Shown here: positions 31,373-39,873 of the stretch, in pieces
Layout of the letters: each line of letters opens with the position of its first letter
How positions within the stretch are numbered: position 1 is the stretch's first letter
Assembly (NCBI GenBank): GCA_965262455.1
Contig: CBDHFH010000003.1
Coordinates: 94,360-158,359 of the forward strand
DNA: 64,000 nucleotides
From: Gammaproteobacteria bacterium
GTDB taxonomy: Bacteria; Pseudomonadota; Gammaproteobacteria; UBA4575
Direction: 5' to 3'
The notes under the pieces: generated by a model
Databases searched by the model: none
What the model was told of the DNA's origin: nothing
The model's input: only the letters and a program-made list of their open reading frames with translations
Translations under genes and position numbers: made by a program

Positions 31373-31921
31373 TTATTGAATCTCCGCCGTCATTTTGATT
31401 GGCTGTAACTCTTCTGCAACAAGCAAGGCTGACATACGCACATATTCGAGCAGCTCGTTGTAGGAGACTTCTTCATCTTCTTGACCCGTGTCAGCACCAT
31501 GCAACTGCGAGATGCGAGTAAGGTCGACTAATATCTCTGCTGTGTCATGAGGAAGCTCTGCATGCGCCTGTAAGCCAGCATTCGCTAAGCCAAATAAAAA
31601 CCCGTCGCACCATGCTGCTAATGCTGTCACACGTGTACTCAAATCCATATCATCATCAGGCACCAGCACGTCTAACTGCAAGACCGGATCTGTCATTTGC
31701 TGTCGTACTGTCCCATACAAACTCGTGAGCATGTCATCCAGTTCTGCATTGATTTTAATATGACTGAGATCAGGTGCCAGCGTGTTCATACAACTATCGA
31801 GTGGATAGGAAACATCTAGTGCCACGGCCCCACATAAGAAGCCATGTAATTCTGAAGCGCGCTCACCGAAGTCCAATGACTTCAATGCATTATTTAATTC
31901 TTGGCAAGAAAGTTGTTGCAT
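31373..31921 (-). CDS. ygfB: YgfB/UPF0149 family protein
   Basis: 182 aa; position upstream of pepP and divergent from zapA, as in E. coli. Confidence 0.75.
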   Translation of the reverse strand: MQQLSCQELNNALKSLDFGERASELHGFLCGAVALDVSYPLDSCMNTLAPDLSHIKINAELDDMLTSLYGTVRQQMTDPVLQLDVLVPDDDMDLSTRVTALAAWCDGFLFGLANAGLQAHAELPHDTAEILVDLTRISQLHGADTGQEDEEVSYNELLEYVRMSALLVAEELQPIKMTAEIQ

Positions 31922-32080
31922 TTTTCCAGTCTACCACCATTATTTTCAAATATTTATATCCAGGCATGGTTAAATAATCCTGTTCATTCAAGGAATTATA
32001 GGGTTTTTCACTCTGTCGTATTGACCCCTGCTGTGGTAATATCTAATATCTATTTGCAGCCATAATAATAAAAACGTCAT

Positions 32081-32296
32081 ATGAATATTTCAGAAGAAGA
32101 ATTTAAGCGACTTGAAATTCGTATTGATGAGCTAATTCAAACATGCGATCAACTCAAAGAAGAGAATCGATTGTTAAAAGCTCAACAACAATCTTACAGT
32201 AGTGAACGAGCTAAACTTCTTGACAAGCAAGAAGAAGCGCGTCACCGAGTTGAATCTATGATTAATCGCTTAAAGGCATTAGAAACGAGCAGCTAA
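32081..32296 (+). CDS. Small coiled-coil protein (TIGR02449/ZapB-like) upstream of zapA
   Basis: 71 aa, all heptad coiled coil (EENRLLKAQQQSYSSERAKLLDKQEEARHRVESMINRLKALE). Conserved position immediately 5' of zapA in many gammaproteobacteria. Confidence 0.6.
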   Translation: MNISEEEFKRLEIRIDELIQTCDQLKEENRLLKAQQQSYSSERAKLLDKQEEARHRVESMINRLKALETSS

Positions 32297-32306
32297 CAGA
32301 TAATTT

Positions 32307-32615
32307 ATGAGTTCCAATCCTATCACTGTACAAATTCTTGATAAGGAATATCGCATTGCTTGCCCCGAAGGACAAGAACAAGCCTTGCGTGAATCAGCGA
32401 ATTACCTAAACAAACGTATTCTGGAAGTAAGAGAAAGCGGCAAAGTAATAGGCCCTGATAGAATCACGGTAATGGCCGCATTAAATCTTGCACATGAGTT
32501 CCTATCTGAGCGATCAGAACACGAAACAGTCGCTTCTAACATCAACCAACGTGTACGTAGCCTGCATGAGCGGATAGATAGTGCCATTCGTTCTTCTAAT
32601 CAGTTGGAATTATAA
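32307..32615 (+). CDS. zapA: Cell-division protein ZapA
   Basis: 102 aa; VQILDKEYRIACPEGQEQALRESANYLNKRI...AALNLAHEF aligns with E. coli ZapA. Confidence 0.85.
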   Translation: MSSNPITVQILDKEYRIACPEGQEQALRESANYLNKRILEVRESGKVIGPDRITVMAALNLAHEFLSERSEHETVASNINQRVRSLHERIDSAIRSSNQLEL

Positions 32616-32629
32616 GAAAACCCATCGTA

Positions 32630-32838
32630 AACTAATCTCTAGCGCCTCTGCGATATGCGTGAGCTTGTCGTTAAATCCCTTGAGCCTATTTACAAACCCC
32701 GGGATTGCTCGTTAAAAGATAGTGTGCATACCTGCTTCGACAGGGAGCCTTAAATCTCTTACAGTGAACCCACTTGAACCTTTGGTTCAAGGTCAACGGC
32801 TCATGCCACGGTACTCATGGAGTGCGCTTTTCCCATCT
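32630..32838 (+). ncRNA. ssrS: 6S RNA (SsrS), RNA-polymerase sigma70-holoenzyme-binding regulatory RNA
   Basis: Starts just after the zapA stop. Strong primary-sequence similarity to E. coli 6S: CCCUUGAGCCUAUUUACAAACC matches CCCUGAGCCGAUAUUUCAUACC, and GGAGCCUUAAAUCUCUUACAGUGAACCCACUUGAACCUUUGGUUCAAGG matches GAAGCCUUAAAACUGCGACGACACAUUCACCUUGAACCAAGGGUUCAAGG. The terminal segments (CUCUAGCGCC... / ...CUCAUGGAGUGCGC) can pair to close the central-bubble structure. Confidence 0.8.
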
Positions 32839-32925
32839 TATTTACTCCCCCACACTCAGGTAGCAGTTGTTTATCCATATGCTAGGATAAATGCTTACTT
32901 TGAATTCATAAAAGAGATTTTTGCA

Positions 32926-33378
32926 ATGCACTATTGGCTAATGAAGACCGAACCTAGTGAATACAGTATTGACGACCTAAAAAAAGATAAAACTGAACCC
33001 TGGGATGGCGTGCGCAACTATCAAGCACGCAATATGATGCGTGATGAAATGAAAAAAGGCGATTTAGCTTTTATGTACCACTCAAATTGCGATGACATAG
33101 GCATTGTCGGAATCATGACAATACATCGCGAAGGCTATCCTGATCACACTGCGTTTGATAAAAAAGACAAACACTATGATCCTAAAAGTGACCCTGATAA
33201 TCCACGTTGGATGATGGTTGATGTTAAATACAAACGTAAACTTAAGCGCACCATTACTCTGCAAGAACTAAAACAGCATAAAATTTTGCAAGATATGCAG
33301 CTGTTACGCAAAGGAAATCGTCTTTCTGTCATGCCTGTTAGCGAAAAACATTGGCAATATATTCTTTCACTTGAATAA
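32926..33378 (+). CDS. EVE (PUA-like) domain protein
   Basis: Internal start MHYWLMKTEPSEYSIDDLKKDKTEPWDGVRNYQARNMMRDEMKKGDLAFMYHS... matches EVE-domain N-terminal signature. The longer 218-aa ORF upstream overlaps the 6S RNA and is rejected. Confidence 0.7.
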   Translation: MHYWLMKTEPSEYSIDDLKKDKTEPWDGVRNYQARNMMRDEMKKGDLAFMYHSNCDDIGIVGIMTIHREGYPDHTAFDKKDKHYDPKSDPDNPRWMMVDVKYKRKLKRTITLQELKQHKILQDMQLLRKGNRLSVMPVSEKHWQYILSLE

Positions 33379-33695
33379 ATTTAAATAATTTCTTTATAAA
33401 TGCTAAAAAATGGATTCATTATTAAGATTTTTATAAACAAAAGGCATTTAAATCCGATTTAATGGTTGTTATGTTAAAAAATAAAACAGATTTGCATGTT
33501 TTGCGAATAATATTTTATGTTTTTTTCATGCAATTGCTTTGTAAAAACACTAAAAATCTTTTTTAAAAACTTATAAAAGTAAAAAAACACAGACGAAAAG
33601 TTTAAAAAACAATATAAAAAAACTAGTAATTTTTAGACTATTGTTTATACTCACGTCGTCAAAAAACGTTAACGTTAAAGTTTGGAGGAACACCA
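33379..33695. promoter_or_regulatory. ~320-bp highly AT-rich (A/T-tract) intergenic region upstream of the H1-like gene; probable curved promoter/UP-element DNA
   Basis: Long A-tracts and T-tracts spaced roughly helically (aaaaaa, tttttt runs). Ends in RBS tggagga 7 nt before the ATG at 33696. Confidence 0.4.
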
Positions 33696-34034
33696 ATGGC
33701 CGTCAAACGCAAAACTGCGAAACGAAAGACTGCAAAACGTAAAGCACCTGCTAAGCGTAAAGCAGTAAGAAAGACTGCGAAGCGTAAAACAGCTAAGCGT
33801 AAAACAGTTAAGAAAAAAACTGCGAAGCGTAAAACTGCAAAGCGCAAAACAGCCAAGAAGAAAACCGCTAAGCGTAAAACTGCGAAGCGTAAAACAGCAA
33901 AAAGAAAAACTGCTAAACGTAAAACTGCCAAGCGCAAAACAGCAAAAAGAAAAACTGCTAAGCGCAAGACAGCTAAGCGTAAAACAGCAAAAAGAAAAAC
34001 TGCTAAACGCAAAACAGCTAAGAAAAAGCGTTAA
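33696..34034 (+). CDS. Histone H1-like / AlgP-like basic repeat protein, (KRKTA)n pentapeptide repeats
   Basis: 112 aa, ~20 tandem copies of [KR]-[KR]-K-T-A, no other sequence. Good RBS; strong rho-independent terminator immediately downstream. The antisense ORF 33659..34012 (Leu/Ala-rich) is its mirror image. Confidence 0.7.
   Translation: MAVKRKTAKRKTAKRKAPAKRKAVRKTAKRKTAKRKTVKKKTAKRKTAKRKTAKKKTAKRKTAKRKTAKRKTAKRKTAKRKTAKRKTAKRKTAKRKTAKRKTAKRKTAKKKR
33705..34025 (+). repeat. Tandem 15-bp coding repeat (aag cgt aaa act gcN; encodes KRKTA), ~20 imperfect copies
   Basis: Direct inspection: repeating aagcgtaaaactgcg / aaacgtaaaacagca units. Confidence 0.85.
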
Positions 34035-34052
34035 TCAAATAGCATTTGAATT

Positions 34053-34082
34053 AAAAAGGGTCCTTAACGGACCCTTTTTTTT
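34053..34082. terminator. Rho-independent terminator, bidirectional (aaaaagggtcc-ttaa-cggaccctttttttt)
   Basis: GC stem flanked by an A-run and a T-run, between convergent H1-like gene and ilvA. Confidence 0.8.
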
Positions 34083-34086
34083 ACCC

Positions 34087-35640
34087 TCATTTTAGAAACA
34101 AACGATAAATGGGATTGTCTGTTTCATCATAGTAAGCATAGCCAAGTTTATCCAAAAATCCTTTAAATTCATGCACTTCTGATGCCGGTACTTGTGCGCC
34201 AATTAATACTCTGCCATATGCCGCGCCGTGATTTCGGTAATGAAATAATGAGATATTCCATTGCGAACCCATCACGGATAAAAACTTTAACAATGCTCCC
34301 GGTCTCTCGGGAAATTCAAAGCGATAAATCAGCTCATCGTCTAACTGAGGTGAACGCCCACCCACCATATGTCTCACATGCAGCTTGGCCATTTCATTGT
34401 CAGACAAATCTGTCACGGGATAATTATTTGCTGATAACAAATCTATAATCATTGGCTTTTGTTGTTCTGCATCTTCGAATTTAATGCCAACAAAAATATG
34501 CGCCGCGTCATCACTCGCATAGCGATAATTAAATTCGCTGATACTGTGACTACCGATTAAGGTGCAAAATTTTAAAAAACTGCCTTTTTGCTCTGGTATG
34601 GTCACAGCCAATAATGCCTCACGGCCTTCACCAAGCTCAGTTCGTTCTGTTACATGCCTTAATCGATCAAAGTTGATATTGGCGCCACTATTGATCGCGA
34701 CTAAGTTCAAATCCTCACATTTTTGCCGTTGAACATATTTTTTCGCCCCCGCAACGGCTAACGCACCGGCAGGCTCTGAAACAACACGAGTATCATCAAA
34801 AATATCTTTTATCCCTGCACATAACTCATCAATACTCACCAATACCACTTCATCAACATACTGTTTGGCCAATTCAAACGTATTCTCGCCAATTTTTTTT
34901 ACTGCCACGCCATCTGCAAAAATACCTACCTGTGGTAATTCAACGCGTTCGCCCGCCTGCATTGCAGAATAAAGCGTTGCTGCATCCTCAGGTTCCACTC
35001 CAACGATTTTAGTATGTGGTGAGTGTTGCTTAACCCAGGCCGAGACACCGGCAATTAAACCTCCACCGCCGACAGGGACGAAAATTACATCAATCTGACC
35101 GTCAAATTGTTCTAATATCTCTTTACCTATGGTGCCCTGACCCGCGATGACTTCCACATCATCATAAGGATGAATAAATACTTTATTTGTCTCATCTGCT
35201 ACTTGATAAGCATGTGTGCATGCTTCGTCGTAGTTATCGCCTTGCAATACTACATTGGCGCCCATCGCACGGACGGAATCTACCTTAATACTGGGTGTTG
35301 TCACGGGCATGACGATGGTTGCATCAATATTTAATCGCTGTGCGGCCAGTGCCACACCCTGTGCATGATTGCCCGCAGAGGCAGCAATGATACCTGCACG
35401 TTTATGCGCTTCACTCAGATGGGAGATTTTGTTATACGCTCCTCGCAACTTAAACGAGAAGACACTTTGCTGATCTTCACGCTTAAGCCATACATTATTC
35501 GCTAGCCGCTTGGATAACAGCTTGGCAAAGTTCAATGCACTCACCTGCGCGACATCATAAACTGATGCATTAGAAATCATCTCATTCACCTGAGTTACAT
35601 CGTATTCGGTGATATGATTAGACAATTTTGTATTTTTCAC
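34087..35640 (-). CDS. ilvA: Threonine dehydratase, biosynthetic (two C-terminal ACT-like regulatory domains)
   Basis: 517 aa; PLP-fold motifs (SFKLRGAYN, SAGNHAQGVALAA) plus a ~180-aa C-terminal regulatory region. Confidence 0.9.
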   Translation of the reverse strand: MKNTKLSNHITEYDVTQVNEMISNASVYDVAQVSALNFAKLLSKRLANNVWLKREDQQSVFSFKLRGAYNKISHLSEAHKRAGIIAASAGNHAQGVALAAQRLNIDATIVMPVTTPSIKVDSVRAMGANVVLQGDNYDEACTHAYQVADETNKVFIHPYDDVEVIAGQGTIGKEILEQFDGQIDVIFVPVGGGGLIAGVSAWVKQHSPHTKIVGVEPEDAATLYSAMQAGERVELPQVGIFADGVAVKKIGENTFELAKQYVDEVVLVSIDELCAGIKDIFDDTRVVSEPAGALAVAGAKKYVQRQKCEDLNLVAINSGANINFDRLRHVTERTELGEGREALLAVTIPEQKGSFLKFCTLIGSHSISEFNYRYASDDAAHIFVGIKFEDAEQQKPMIIDLLSANNYPVTDLSDNEMAKLHVRHMVGGRSPQLDDELIYRFEFPERPGALLKFLSVMGSQWNISLFHYRNHGAAYGRVLIGAQVPASEVHEFKGFLDKLGYAYYDETDNPIYRLFLK

Positions 35641-35847
35641 GATTTAAATTCGCCTATATTTATATATTATGATGGGGTCTCTGATTTTTAAGCACAACGT
35701 CTCAATGATGACGCTGGACCAGACAAAACACCCTAAACATGCAGTGTATACCGCTACACATGAGCATATGAAATGTTTTCAAGCATGTTTATAAATAATA
35801 AGCCAAATAACACTGTACTGACGTTATATTTTCAACGGACATAGTCT

Positions 35848-36501
35848 ATGGATATAAATGACAAAAAGAAATTAGCCGCTGAAGCTGCGATAGATTATAT
35901 ACAAATTGGCGATATTGTCGGGGTCGGCACTGGCTCAACTGCAAACTACTTTATCGACGCACTCGCCGGCATTAAAGGCAAAATTGATGGCGCTGTTGCT
36001 AGTTCTGAAGCAAGCGCTGAGTTATTACAGTCACATGGTATTCGGGTACTTGACCTCAATGCCACCGGACAATTACCTATCTATGTCGATGGTGCCGATG
36101 AAGCGACACAGCAAAAATCCCTAATTAAAGGCGGCGGCGGCGCGCATACACGTGAAAAAATTGTTGCCAATGCGAGTGATAAATTTGTTTGTATTGCAGA
36201 TGACTCAAAACTAGTCGATGTACTGGGCAAATTTCCTTTGCCTGTTGAAGTGATCCCGATGGCTCGCAGCTCAGTCGCAAGAGAAATGGTGCGCTTGGGG
36301 GGTGTTCCCGAGTTACGTGAGGGCTTTGCGACTGATAATGGCAATATTATTTTAGATGTCCATAATCTGGAAATTCTTGCGCCGGCAAAAATGGAAAGCG
36401 ATATCAGTGTCATGGCTGGTGTTGTGACGGTAGGGATATTTGCCCACCGCCCTGCTGATGTTCTTTTACTTGGCGGTGATTCAGGGCTCACCACACTCTA
36501 A
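35848..36501 (+). CDS. rpiA: Ribose-5-phosphate isomerase A
   Basis: 217 aa; [37 protein letters not shown] motifs. Confidence 0.9.
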   Translation: MDINDKKKLAAEAAIDYIQIGDIVGVGTGSTANYFIDALAGIKGKIDGAVASSEASAELLQSHGIRVLDLNATGQLPIYVDGADEATQQKSLIKGGGGAHTREKIVANASDKFVCIADDSKLVDVLGKFPLPVEVIPMARSSVAREMVRLGGVPELREGFATDNGNIILDVHNLEILAPAKMESDISVMAGVVTVGIFAHRPADVLLLGGDSGLTTL

Positions 36502-36503
36502 CC

Positions 36504-37256
36504 ATGCAAACCTCCTTCAGAAACAGATTACTCGCCAACGAAACACTTATTGGTACATTAATCGCTACACCAAGTGCCGAAGTGGTTGAGTCGCTTGCTG
36601 CGTTGAACTTTGATTGGTTATTTATCGATGCTGAGCATGGCGCATTTGGCCCACAACAGGTGATCTCACTTCTGCAAGCTGCACATGATTGTCCCTGCTT
36701 AGTGCGCGTTCCTGGTCCCGATGAAAGCTGGATTAAAAAAGTCTTAGATGCGGGCGCACAAGGAATTATCGTGCCACAAATCAACACTCTGGCACAGGCA
36801 CAAGCGGTGATTAACTATGCGAAGTATCCACCGCTAGGCAAACGTGGCGTTGGTTTGGGCCGCGCACATGGATATGGCAAAGACTTTGCAAATTATCTTG
36901 ATACAGCCAATCAAGAAACTGTCATTGTATTACAGGCAGAAACCCAAGCGGTGCTTGACTGCATTGACGACATTGCTGCTTTAGATGCAGTGGATGCAAT
37001 TCTTATTGGCCCGTATGATTTATCTGCCAGCCTCGGTCACATGGGCGACATTACTCACCCTAAAGTGCAAGCAGCGATTCAGCATGTCAAACAAGCCTGT
37101 GATAACCAAACAACTCAGCTTGGTATCTTTGGTGTTTCAGCAGAAAATGTTACGCCTTATAAAGCGTTGGGGTTCACTTTACTCACTGTGGGTGTCGACA
37201 CTATATTTTTACAAACTGCAGCCAGCAATGAGCTACAGATATTGCGTGAAGCTTAG
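36504..37256 (+). CDS. HpcH/HpaI family aldolase (2-keto-3-deoxy-sugar-acid / 2,4-dihydroxyhept-2-enedioate aldolase-like)
   Basis: 250 aa TIM-barrel aldolase pattern (LIGTLIATPSAEVVESLAALNFDWLFIDAEHG...VRVPG). 2 bp after rpiA. Confidence 0.75.
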   Translation: MQTSFRNRLLANETLIGTLIATPSAEVVESLAALNFDWLFIDAEHGAFGPQQVISLLQAAHDCPCLVRVPGPDESWIKKVLDAGAQGIIVPQINTLAQAQAVINYAKYPPLGKRGVGLGRAHGYGKDFANYLDTANQETVIVLQAETQAVLDCIDDIAALDAVDAILIGPYDLSASLGHMGDITHPKVQAAIQHVKQACDNQTTQLGIFGVSAENVTPYKALGFTLLTVGVDTIFLQTAASNELQILREA

Positions 37257-37267
37257 TTGCAAAATTT

Positions 37268-37645
37268 ATGCAGCAGCATCGAATTAAATTTACATTTGGC
37301 GATATCACAATTAATGCCATCGTGTGCAATACACCAACTGGAGAGGCAATTCTTGCTGCATTGCCGATACATTCAAGCGTGCAAACGTGGGGAGAAGAAG
37401 TATATTTTTCAGTGCCTGTTGAATCGCATTTAGAGGATGATGCCAGAGCTGTTGTTAAAGCGGGTGAAATTGCATTTTGGGTGGAAGGTAACTGCATCGC
37501 CATAGGATTTGGCCCAACACCAATCTCACAGGGTGATGAAATACGATTAGCAGCAGCAACTAATATATGGGCAGATGCAGAAGATGATGTACTCCAACTG
37601 AACTCAGTTCAGTCACAAGATACTGTATTAATAGAACGCGCGTAA
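37268..37645 (+). CDS. Cyclophilin-like fold protein (PF04126-like, function unknown)
   Basis: 125 aa; IKFTFGDITINAIVCNTPTGEAILAALP...WGEEVYF...GEIAFWVEGNCIAIGFG typical of the cyclophilin-like family. Confidence 0.55.
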   Translation: MQQHRIKFTFGDITINAIVCNTPTGEAILAALPIHSSVQTWGEEVYFSVPVESHLEDDARAVVKAGEIAFWVEGNCIAIGFGPTPISQGDEIRLAAATNIWADAEDDVLQLNSVQSQDTVLIERA

Positions 37646-38194
37646 TTACTTATTTATTCTTGTATATTTGGTGCCTGCTAACGACACATTAATCATTAAT
37701 CCCTTATTGCCAAAAACAAACGCGATAATAGGGTCTGATATGTTAGTTGTATCAATTGAGCCACCTGCACCGGTATCGGCAATAGCGATAGATCCATCCA
37801 CACCGACCTGCCAACCTGAGCTATTTCTAAATTTGCGTAGTGCTTCGTCATCCAGAAAAACAATTATAATTGACTTTGTTTGGGCGCCAAACTGAAGGCC
37901 AAATGAAGCGCCTGTTGTACGATAATAATCAACATGTTTGTTATTCATTAGTAATGAACCTTCACCAAATTCACCGCCGACAAAAAAGCCTGCCTTGACA
38001 ATATTAGGGAAAACCAACACACCTTTTGCACTTTCTAAAAATTCCTTACCCTCTTTGACACGCTCATTGAATATTTCAATGGCAGCGTTCACACGGATAT
38101 CAATCTCATCAGCGCTGGCAGCATGGCTGGGTGGGATCAGCACTAACGCAACCAAAGCAAACATTACGTATAAGAAGGTGTGTTGTTTTTTCAT
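37646..38194 (-). CDS. Lipid-binding SYLF (Ysc84/DUF500) domain periplasmic protein
   Basis: 182 aa, signal peptide; SYLF pattern (GVLVFPNIVKAGFFVGGEFGEGSLL...GASFGLQFGAQ...QVGVDGSIA). Confidence 0.7.
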   Translation of the reverse strand: MKKQHTFLYVMFALVALVLIPPSHAASADEIDIRVNAAIEIFNERVKEGKEFLESAKGVLVFPNIVKAGFFVGGEFGEGSLLMNNKHVDYYRTTGASFGLQFGAQTKSIIIVFLDDEALRKFRNSSGWQVGVDGSIAIADTGAGGSIDTTNISDPIIAFVFGNKGLMINVSLAGTKYTRINK

Positions 38195-38326
38195 GGCAAA
38201 AATGACTTGTTTCTAATGTAATACGCTCAAGTTATCAGAATAAATTGACGCTCGCTTTAACAAATATCAAGCATAGAACCCTATTGTAATAACAAACTGT
38301 GGTCCTAGTCATAAAAAAGTCACTGA

Positions 38327-38354
38327 TAAAAAAATGGGCTGCAATTGCAGCCCA
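38327..38354 (-). terminator. Rho-independent terminator downstream of rpsI (gggctgcaattgcagccc plus T-run on the minus strand)
   Basis: Perfect GC-rich hairpin ggctgcaattgcagcc preceded on the plus strand by aaaaaaat (a U-run on the minus-strand transcript). Confidence 0.7.
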
Positions 38355-38379
38355 TTCAGATTGATCGATATTGCGTAAT

Positions 38380-38772
38380 TTAGCGCTTAGAGAACTGCTC
38401 TTTCTTACGTGCTTTACGCAGACCTACTTTCTTGCGCTCCACTTCACGCGCGTCGCGTGTCAGGAAACCACCTTGTCTTAGCGGCGAACGTAACTCTTGA
38501 TCGTATTCAAGTAATGCGCGCGCTATGCCAAGTTGTATGGCACCTGCTTGACCATTCATGCCACCACCTTTGACCATAATATTAAGGTCAAATTTTGACA
38601 ATAATTCGGTTGCCTCTAGTGGCTGACGTATTATGCGCCGAGATGTTTCACGCCCAAAATATTGGCTGTCTGAACGCGAGTTAATGGTGATATCACCATT
38701 ACCAGGCTTTAAATAAACGCGTGCTGATGAACTTTTTCTGCGGCCAGTGCCGTAATATTGTGTAATTGCCAT
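38380..38772 (-). CDS. rpsI: 30S ribosomal protein S9
   Basis: 130 aa; [19 protein letters not shown]...[12 protein letters not shown]. Confidence 0.95.
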   Translation of the reverse strand: MAITQYYGTGRRKSSSARVYLKPGNGDITINSRSDSQYFGRETSRRIIRQPLEATELLSKFDLNIMVKGGGMNGQAGAIQLGIARALLEYDQELRSPLRQGGFLTRDAREVERKKVGLRKARKKEQFSKR

Positions 38773-38796
38773 AATAACTCTTCTATTTTGTTCGGC

Positions 38797-39225
38797 TTAT
38801 ATGTCTAGCGGCTCAGGCTGCTGTGATTGATGGATATGATCAGGGCCGGCATAAACTTTCAATTTTTTGAACATGGCACGACCAAGCGGATTCTTTGGCA
38901 ACATGCCCTTCACAGCTGTCTCTATCACTCTTTCAGGGTGCGAACCTATAAGGTCGTTAAAATTGGTCTCTTTTAGATTGCCTACATAACCAGTGTGTCG
39001 GTAATACATTTTATCCTGGGATTTATTTCCAGTAACACGCACTTTTTCTGCATTGACAACGACAATATAGTCACCGGTATCAACATGCGGTGTGTATTCA
39101 GGCTTATGTTTACCACGCAATCTGCGGGCTATTTCGGTTGATAATCGACCCAATGTTTTGTCAGTCGCATCAATAAGGAACCACTGACGACTAACCTCGG
39201 CCGGTTTTGCGCTAAACGTTTTCAT
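38797..39225 (-). CDS. rplM: 50S ribosomal protein L13
   Basis: Internal start [28 protein letters not shown]... gives the canonical 142 aa. The ORF's 20-aa N-terminal extension is rejected. Confidence 0.95.
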   Translation of the reverse strand: MKTFSAKPAEVSRQWFLIDATDKTLGRLSTEIARRLRGKHKPEYTPHVDTGDYIVVVNAEKVRVTGNKSQDKMYYRHTGYVGNLKETNFNDLIGSHPERVIETAVKGMLPKNPLGRAMFKKLKVYAGPDHIHQSQQPEPLDI

Positions 39226-39465
39226 TTTAAATTCAAGACCATAACAAAGGCGCGCAATACTACTAGAGTCGGTCTTTGCAGACAAGCACTCTGGCGGGAG
39301 TAGTGAGGTTGCGAGCTAAAAAACGCGGCCTACTTAATAGAGACCGCGTTAAACATACTACCAGGGGTAGATGGAGGAGTAAAAACAAATATACAATAAT
39401 ATTTGAATATGCGCATTTTCTAATATAGGTATCAGATTGTCAACCTTCGCGCCATGAATTTATTG

Positions 39466-39771
39466 TTAAATCTGTAATCTCTTGACCACGACCCCATTTT
39501 CTAGATGGTCATGGACAATCTGCTTGAGGTCCTCTACTGATTCATAGTGATACCAGACATTATCCGGATAAACCACGGCCACCGGCCCTTCGTCACATCG
39601 GTCAAGGCAGCCGGCAGTGTTGATGCGCAATTTACCCTGGCCGGTTAAGCCCAGTTCTTTGGCATGTGCTTTTACTTCCTTACGCTTTTCAAGTGCATCA
39701 TGTTGTTGGCAGCACACGCCATCTTCACGTTGGTTTGTACATATAAACAAATGGCGTTTGTAATAACTCAT
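39466..39771 (-). CDS. Thioredoxin-like [2Fe-2S] ferredoxin family protein
   Basis: 101 aa; Cys pattern HLFICTNQR...C..Q...AGCLDRCDEGPVAVVYPDNVWY, typical of the thioredoxin-like ferredoxin fold. Confidence 0.65.
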   Translation of the reverse strand: MSYYKRHLFICTNQREDGVCCQQHDALEKRKEVKAHAKELGLTGQGKLRINTAGCLDRCDEGPVAVVYPDNVWYHYESVEDLKQIVHDHLENGVVVKRLQI

Positions 39772-39873
39772 TTCATATCCAATGTATTTAATCGGTTAGA
39801 GAGACTGTTTGCAACTATCCCGCTATTATAATTATTTATTGCACACTGCCTACATTTAGAAATTTAGCATTAC

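Noticed and set aside
32722-32925. N-terminal 68 aa of the 218-aa ORF 32722..33378
   Set aside because: It overlaps the 6S RNA gene. The EVE-domain homology begins at the internal ATG at 32926 (MHYWLMKTEP...).
33659-34012. 117-aa minus-strand ORF (Leu/Ala/Val-rich repeats)
   Set aside because: It is the reverse-complement mirror of the KRKTA repeat gene. The plus-strand gene has the RBS and terminator in the right places.
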